In this document: in pieces, positions 58,517-64,000 of the stretch | Numbering within the stretch: position 1 is the stretch's first letter | Layout of the letters: each line of letters opens with the position of its first letter | Origin: Muribaculaceae bacterium | Lineage (GTDB): Bacteria > Bacteroidota > Bacteroidia > Bacteroidales > Muribaculaceae | NCBI GenBank assembly: GCA_022509145.1 | Contig: JAFLTX010000002.1 | Location: 15,398-79,397, forward strand | Direction: 5' to 3' | DNA: 64,000 nucleotides | Notes under the pieces: model-generated | Told to the model about the DNA's origin: nothing | Databases searched by the model: none | What the model saw: only the letters and a program-made list of their open reading frames with translations | Program-made: the position numbers and the translations under genes

Positions 58517-59721
58517 TTTTCACCCTCCCCAACGGCATGCGAGTGGCCTTGAGGCAGCATGCAGGCAACGTATCCTACGCCGGAGTGCTCATCAACGCCG
58601 GCACCCGCGACGAACCCGCCGCGGCCCACGGCCTGGCACACTTCGTGGAGCACACCATCTTCAAAGGCACTCCCACACGCTCGGCCTGGAATATCTCCAA
58701 CCGCATGGAGAGCATAGGCGGCGAGCTCAACGCCTACACCTCGAAGGAGACCACCTCCGTCTATACCGTCGCTCCCGCGGGATATGAAGGGCGCGCGGCC
58801 GAGCTGATCGCCGACCTGATAGAGAACGCCTCCTTCCCCGCAGCCGAGCTCGACAAGGAACGCGAGGTGATCGTAGAGGAGATCAACTCCTGCCTCGACA
58901 ATCCCGCCGACTACGTCTTCGACCGCTTTGAAGAGCTACTCTATCGCGGCTCAAGGCTCGAAAACTCCATTCTGGGCACTCCGGAGAGCGTGCGCTCAAT
59001 CACCGGAGCCGACTGCAGGGCGTTCATCTCCCGTTTCTACAACCCCGCCAATATGGTGGGTTTCCTCTCCACGCCCCTCCCCGAGGCGAAGGCCCTGCGC
59101 CTGCTCGAAAGATACTGGGGCCGAATCCTCCGGGATGGCGCACGCCCGCTGCGCGAGGCGCCTGAGCCCATAGGCCGCTTCGAAGAGACCAAGGACGACG
59201 ACGGCCACCAGGCCCACACCATCGTGGGGACACGCCTTTTCGCCCGCACCGACCCGCGCCGCTTCCCGCTGATGCTGCTCAACAATTACCTTGGCGGACC
59301 CTCCATGAACTCGCGGCTCAACTATCAGCTGCGCGACCGCCGCGGTCTCGTCTACACCGTGGAGAGCGTCATGAGCCTGCTCAGCGACACCGGGGCCCTC
59401 TACATCTATTTCGGCACCGACCGCCGCTCCGTGGACAAATGCCTCAGGATAATCTACCGCGAGCTCGACGCCCTGGCCCAGAACACCCTCTCGCCCCGAC
59501 GCCTCGACAAGATCAAGGCCCAGTATTGCGGCCAGCTGCTCGTCAGCAGCGACAATGCCGAGTCGATGGCGATGGCCCAGGGTAAGAATCTGATGTTTTA
59601 TGGCTCGGAGACGGATATCCCCGCGTTGGCCGCCCGTCTGCGCGAGGTGAGCGCCGAGGAGATCCGCGGCGTGGCCGAACTGCTGGTTCCCTCCGCCATG
59701 AGCCACCTCACCCTTATGTAA
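58513..59721 (+). CDS. M16 family zinc peptidase
   Basis: GLAHFVEHTIFKGT (HxxEH), NAYTSKE, LGGPSMNSRL...RGLVY. Confidence 0.93.
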   Translation: MIFTLPNGMRVALRQHAGNVSYAGVLINAGTRDEPAAAHGLAHFVEHTIFKGTPTRSAWNISNRMESIGGELNAYTSKETTSVYTVAPAGYEGRAAELIADLIENASFPAAELDKEREVIVEEINSCLDNPADYVFDRFEELLYRGSRLENSILGTPESVRSITGADCRAFISRFYNPANMVGFLSTPLPEAKALRLLERYWGRILRDGARPLREAPEPIGRFEETKDDDGHQAHTIVGTRLFARTDPRRFPLMLLNNYLGGPSMNSRLNYQLRDRRGLVYTVESVMSLLSDTGALYIYFGTDRRSVDKCLRIIYRELDALAQNTLSPRRLDKIKAQYCGQLLVSSDNAESMAMAQGKNLMFYGSETDIPALAARLREVSAEEIRGVAELLVPSAMSHLTLM

Positions 59722-59730
59722 CTCAACGCC

Positions 59731-60714
59731 ATGAATATAGCCGGAATAGATCTTGGAGAGAGGCCGTTGCTCCTGGCCCCGATGGAAGACGTCACCGACG
59801 CCACCTTCCGCATGCACTGCCGCGAGCAGGGCGCGGCCATGGTCTACACCGAGTTTGTCTCGGCCGAAGCCCTTGTGCGCGACATCCCCTCCACCCTGCG
59901 CAAGCTGAAAATCAACGACGCCGAGCGGCCTGTGGCCATCCAGATCTACGGGCGCACGGCCGAGGATATGGTGCGCGCCGCGCAGATCGTGGAGAAAGCC
60001 GGCCCCGACATCATCGACATCAACTTCGGCTGCCCCGTGAAGAAAGTGGCCTCCAAGGGCGCCGGCGCCGGCATGCTCCGCGACATCCCCCGCCTGCTCG
60101 ACATCACCGAAAAGGTGGTGAAGGCCGTCTCGCTCCCGGTGACGGTGAAGACACGCCTCGGCTGGGACTGCGAAAACAAGATAATCTGCGATCTTGGCCC
60201 GCGCCTGCAAGACTGCGGCATCAAGGCCCTTACCGTGCATGGCCGCACACGCTCGCAGATGTATACCGGCAGCGCCGACTGGACGCTCATCGGGCGCCTT
60301 AAGGCCGACCCGCGCATGGAGATTCCGATTATCGGCAACGGCGACATCACCACCCCTGAGGAGGCCGCCCGGGCCTTCGACCTCTACGGCGTCGACGCCG
60401 TGATGGTGGGCAGGGCCTCTTTCGGCGCTCCCTGGATCTTCAACGAGATGCGCCAGTTGCTCGACACGGGCACAGTCTCTCCTATCGACCCCCATCTGAA
60501 ATTCAACATGTTGCGGCGCCAGATTGAAGAGAACATCGAGCAGATAGACGAATACCGCGGCATCCTCCACACCCGGCGCCACCTCGCCGCCACCCCCCTG
60601 CTCAAGGGTCTGCCCAACTTCCGGCAGCACCGCATCGCCATGCTCCGCGCCGAAACGAAGGCCGACCTCCTCGAAATCCTTGACCAAATCGAAACCACCT
60701 TCTTCCCGGCCTGA
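59731..60714 (+). CDS. dusB: tRNA-dihydrouridine synthase B
   Basis: LAPMEDVTD, IDINFGCP, VTVKTRLGW, VHGRT, GNGDI, MVGR. Confidence 0.94.
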   Translation: MNIAGIDLGERPLLLAPMEDVTDATFRMHCREQGAAMVYTEFVSAEALVRDIPSTLRKLKINDAERPVAIQIYGRTAEDMVRAAQIVEKAGPDIIDINFGCPVKKVASKGAGAGMLRDIPRLLDITEKVVKAVSLPVTVKTRLGWDCENKIICDLGPRLQDCGIKALTVHGRTRSQMYTGSADWTLIGRLKADPRMEIPIIGNGDITTPEEAARAFDLYGVDAVMVGRASFGAPWIFNEMRQLLDTGTVSPIDPHLKFNMLRRQIEENIEQIDEYRGILHTRRHLAATPLLKGLPNFRQHRIAMLRAETKADLLEILDQIETTFFPA

Positions 60715-60732
60715 TCCCGGGACCCCCGGCCT

Positions 60733-62238
60733 ATGTCGCTATCACTCAAGACCAAAACACTGCGCACCCTGAAATGGAGCACGTTCGACCGCCTCTCGGC
60801 CCAGGTGCTCTACGCGGTGGTGGGGATAGTGCTGGCCAACAAGCTCTCGAAAGACGACTTCGGTCTCGTGGGGGCGCTCACGGTGTTTCAGGCGCTGGCG
60901 CTCATTCTGGTCGACAGCGGCTTCGGCGCCGCCCTGCTGCAGCAGAAAGACCCCCGCGAGCGCGACTACTCCACCGTCTTCTGGTTCAACCTCATAGTGA
61001 GCCTCGCCATCTACGCCGTCCTCTTCTTCTGCGCCCCGGCCATCGCCGCCCTCTTCCACGACGCGCGGCTCGAGACGATGTCGAGGGTGATGTTCACCGC
61101 CTTTGTGATCAACGGCCTGGGGATAATCCAGACCAACCGCCACACCAAGATGATGAATATGCGGCCCGTGGCGGTGGCCAATGTCACGGCGCTCGTCCTC
61201 TCGGGAGGACTGAGCATGGGCCTGGCGCTCGGGGGCTTCGGCGCCTGGGCCATCGTATGGCAGACGGTATCGCTTGCCGTAATCAAGACCGGCATCCTCT
61301 GGATCACCGGGAAATGGCTCCCGCGCCCTTTCTTCTCGCGCGAAACCTTCCGCCGCATAAGGCGTGTGGGCGCCAGTGTGCTCACCTCCTCGCTGCTCAA
61401 CACGGGGTGCATGCAGGTCTACAACTTCGTGATCGGTGCCTTCTACAGCCTCCCCCTCCTCGGCGTCTACACCCAGGCCGACCGCTGGAGCCGCATGGGG
61501 AGCGCCTCGCTGAGCCAGATTCTCACCTCGTCGTTTGTCCCGCTCCTCTCCGGAGTGCAGGACGACCCCGAGAACTTTCTGCGCTACACCCGGCGCATCA
61601 ACCGCTTCACCGCCTTCATGACCTTCCCCTTCATGCTTTGGCTCACGGCGGCCGCGGCACCGATTTTCCACCTCCTTTTCGGCCATAAATGGGACGACGC
61701 CATCCCCCTCTTCCAGATTCTGATGATTCGCGGCCTCTTCGCCGTGCTCACCTCCCTCTACAACAATTTCCTGCTCGCGCGCGGCAAGAGCCGGGCACTG
61801 ATCATCATGGAGGGGATAAAAGATATCCCGATTGTGGTGGCCCTGGGGGCTACGGTCTGGACCTTCAGCCTCGAGTGGCTGGTGTGGGGACAGCTGGCCG
61901 CCTCGATAGTTACGTGGGTCCTCTCCGTATGGCTCACTCGCCGTTCGCTCGCCATCAGCTCGCGCCTGCTCGTGGCCGACCTCTTCCCCTTCTTCGCGGC
62001 CTCGTTTGCCATGGCGGTGGCCTGCTGCTTTGTGCTGCTTCTGGCCCTTCATCCCGCCGTGCTCCTCCTGATCGACCTTGCCGTGGGCCTCGGCGTCTAC
62101 CTCCTCGTGCTGCGCATCAAAGGCACCGACGAGCTCCGCGAAGCCCGCTCCATCCTCCTCCGAGCCCTCCGCCGCAAACCCACTGCCCCCACAACCGAAG
62201 CCCCGGAATCCACCCCCACCGACACCCCCGACGCCTGA
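60733..62238 (+). CDS. Wzx/PST polysaccharide flippase
   Basis: DFGLVG, DSGFGAALLQ, YSTVFWFN, multiple TM helices. Confidence 0.9.
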   Translation: MSLSLKTKTLRTLKWSTFDRLSAQVLYAVVGIVLANKLSKDDFGLVGALTVFQALALILVDSGFGAALLQQKDPRERDYSTVFWFNLIVSLAIYAVLFFCAPAIAALFHDARLETMSRVMFTAFVINGLGIIQTNRHTKMMNMRPVAVANVTALVLSGGLSMGLALGGFGAWAIVWQTVSLAVIKTGILWITGKWLPRPFFSRETFRRIRRVGASVLTSSLLNTGCMQVYNFVIGAFYSLPLLGVYTQADRWSRMGSASLSQILTSSFVPLLSGVQDDPENFLRYTRRINRFTAFMTFPFMLWLTAAAAPIFHLLFGHKWDDAIPLFQILMIRGLFAVLTSLYNNFLLARGKSRALIIMEGIKDIPIVVALGATVWTFSLEWLVWGQLAASIVTWVLSVWLTRRSLAISSRLLVADLFPFFAASFAMAVACCFVLLLALHPAVLLLIDLAVGLGVYLLVLRIKGTDELREARSILLRALRRKPTAPTTEAPESTPTDTPDA

Positions 62239-62283
62239 CTCCTCGCCACAGACTGTTTCCCCAAATTTTGTTAAATTTGCATC

Positions 62284-62784
62284 ATGGCGGACACAATGAC
62301 CCCGGAACAGCGTCATCGATGCATGGCGGCGATAAGAGGGAAAGACACCAAACCGGAAATGTTGGTGAGGCGCTACCTGCACTCTTTGGGCTACCGCTAC
62401 GGCTTGCACAACAAGAAGCTCCCCGGGAGTCCCGACCTCGTCCTCCGCAAGTATAAAACCGTGATTTTCATTCACGGCTGCTTCTGGCACGGTCACGAGG
62501 GATGCAAATTTTACAGACTGCCAAAAACCAACGAAGAATTCTGGGAAGAGAAGATAACCCGCAACCGCCGGCGAGATCAGGAGACTGCCACAAAGCTGGC
62601 GGCAAAGGGTTGGAACGTGGTGACCATTTGGGAGTGCGACCTCAAAAACAAGGAGAAGCGCGAGAGAACCCTTTCAAACCTCCACTTCACCCTTCAGCGG
62701 CTCCAATCACCGCCGAAAATGTATGAGACTGACATTCAGCCCGGTTTGGCAGCCGAAGAAGAAGGAAGTTATAAAAAAGGGTGA
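62284..62784 (+). CDS. vsr: Very short patch repair endonuclease
   Basis: MADTMTPEQRHRCMAAIRGKDTKPE, LPGSPD, FIHGCFWHGH, IWEC. Confidence 0.96.
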   Translation: MADTMTPEQRHRCMAAIRGKDTKPEMLVRRYLHSLGYRYGLHNKKLPGSPDLVLRKYKTVIFIHGCFWHGHEGCKFYRLPKTNEEFWEEKITRNRRRDQETATKLAAKGWNVVTIWECDLKNKEKRERTLSNLHFTLQRLQSPPKMYETDIQPGLAAEEEGSYKKG

Positions 62785-62876
62785 AAAATTAAGTATATTT
62801 AACAGGTCGCTGCCTGACATTGGCAGTATTTGGGTTTAATTTTGTGGCATCATTACAAAGTCACGCCAAAATTTAG

Positions 62877-63038
62877 TAACTTTGCAATGAAAAGCGTTTG
62901 ACGTTGACAAAGACCGATTCACTCAAACAAAATAAATTAACAAATAACGAAACATCCGTATAGCCACGCAAGGTTTTGGTCGCCCGTCAACCCTACACGG
63001 AAGTTCCTGTTTCTTGAAAGTACCATGTAATTGTGGCT
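62877..63038 (+). promoter_or_regulatory. Promoter (TAACTTTG) and structured leader of the methyltransferase
   Basis: TAnnTTTG box; complementary segments including AGCCAC pairing with the GTG start region. Confidence 0.5.
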
Positions 63039-64000
63039 CAACCAAAAAAAATTAAAGTATTTGAAGGGTTCGCTGGTTACGGCGGAGCATCATTTGGATT
63101 GAAACGTTCCGGCTTAAACTATGAGGTAATAGGCATGTCGGAGTTTGATAAATTTGCAAGCGATTTATTAGCTCAAAATTTTCCTGACATTCATAACTGG
63201 GGGGATATTACAACATTGGATCCAACCGAACTTCCTGACTTTGATTTGTTTACAGGCGGTTTCCCGTGCCAGCCATTTTCTTCAGCTGGATTACAACTCG
63301 GTTTTGACGACAAATATGGGAGAGGCACATTATTTCATCATATCATTAGAATTTGTAAAGTCAAGAAACCAAGATATCTTTTGCTTGAGAATGTAAAAGG
63401 ATTAACTCAAAAAAAATTCACTTCTACCTTTGACACCATGAAGCAAATGCTTCGAGATTTAGGATACGGGGAGATTGCATATGGAATTCTAAATTCTAAA
63501 GATTATGGAATACCACAGAATCGAGAAAGATTGTGGATTTTTGCTCAATTAGGTGGACTGCCGAAAAATTTTGAAATCACGCCTCCAAAAGTTGAACTTA
63601 AATTTCGTTTTGGAGATTTTCTCGATGCCAATCCTCCGGAATACTTATATTTATCAGACGCTCAAATTGCCCATCTAAAAGTTAAACATAGAATTGATTC
63701 ATTTCTAGTAGATGAACCTCTGTGCTTTGACGTCTATAACAAAAAAATAAAAAAAGATGCTTTGTGTATCACAATAACCCAACCAGAACATAATAGTCTC
63801 CGAGTCATTGAAAAACCTAAAAACGGGAAAGAAATAGTCCGGAAAATGTCTGTTGATGAACAATTCCGTTTTATGGGTTTTGAAGACGGAGAACTTAAAT
63901 ATGAGGGCCATTCTTATTCTCAAATGTCTAAAAGAGCCGGTAACGGCTGGGACGTAAACTTAGTCGGAATCTTACTTAAACATATATTTTCTCAACTATG
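63033..64000 (+). CDS. dcm: DNA (cytosine-5)-methyltransferase, AT-rich, running to the window edge
   Basis: Manual translation from GTG: VFEGFAGYGG (motif I), GGFPCQPFS (IV), LLENVKG (VI), PQNRERLW (VIII), AGNGW (X). Ends ..SQL-TG at the edge, probably a TGA stop. Confidence 0.93.
   Translation, partial: MAQPKKIKVFEGFAGYGGASFGLKRSGLNYEVIGMSEFDKFASDLLAQNFPDIHNWGDITTLDPTELPDFDLFTGGFPCQPFSSAGLQLGFDDKYGRGTLFHHIIRICKVKKPRYLLLENVKGLTQKKFTSTFDTMKQMLRDLGYGEIAYGILNSKDYGIPQNRERLWIFAQLGGLPKNFEITPPKVELKFRFGDFLDANPPEYLYLSDAQIAHLKVKHRIDSFLVDEPLCFDVYNKKIKKDALCITITQPEHNSLRVIEKPKNGKEIVRKMSVDEQFRFMGFEDGELKYEGHSYSQMSKRAGNGWDVNLVGILLKHIFSQL

Noticed and set aside
63044-63051. A8 tract near the MTase start as a phase-variation switch
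   Set aside because: In frame, short, and unremarkable in AT-rich DNA.

Overview
GC-rich Bacteroidales chromosome segment; gene content and C-terminal secretion tails suggest Muribaculaceae. From left to right: (i) a polysaccharide utilisation locus (PUL) with an alginate-lyase-fold lipoprotein cut by the window edge, a Big_2/DUF4979 lipoprotein, SusD, SusC, an ECF sigma factor with no anti-sigma gene, and a kinase-less propeller-TM-AraC sensor; (ii) a secreted tandem CBM-like protein whose paralogue lies about 36 kb away and shares an ECF-type promoter motif; (iii) a secreted GH13 amylase and an enzyme-free starch susCDEF cassette; (iv) an operon of an MsbA-like ABC exporter, a degenerate PurN-CD225 fusion, DUF2752, folD and a GT2; (v) housekeeping genes. 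An AT-rich decayed mobile island (about 39.4-44.5 kb) holds an IS256 remnant, a relaxase tail, an elaborate ~310-nt attenuator-like leader RNA, a BspA-type LRR protein and a HEPN-like ORF. It abuts the 3' end of a ~445-nt structured ncRNA candidate. The window ends in vsr plus a C5 cytosine methyltransferase with a structured leader. The two edge genes (1..802 and 63033..64000) are absent from the ORF track and were translated by hand. All family assignments come from motif recognition; no database searches were run.
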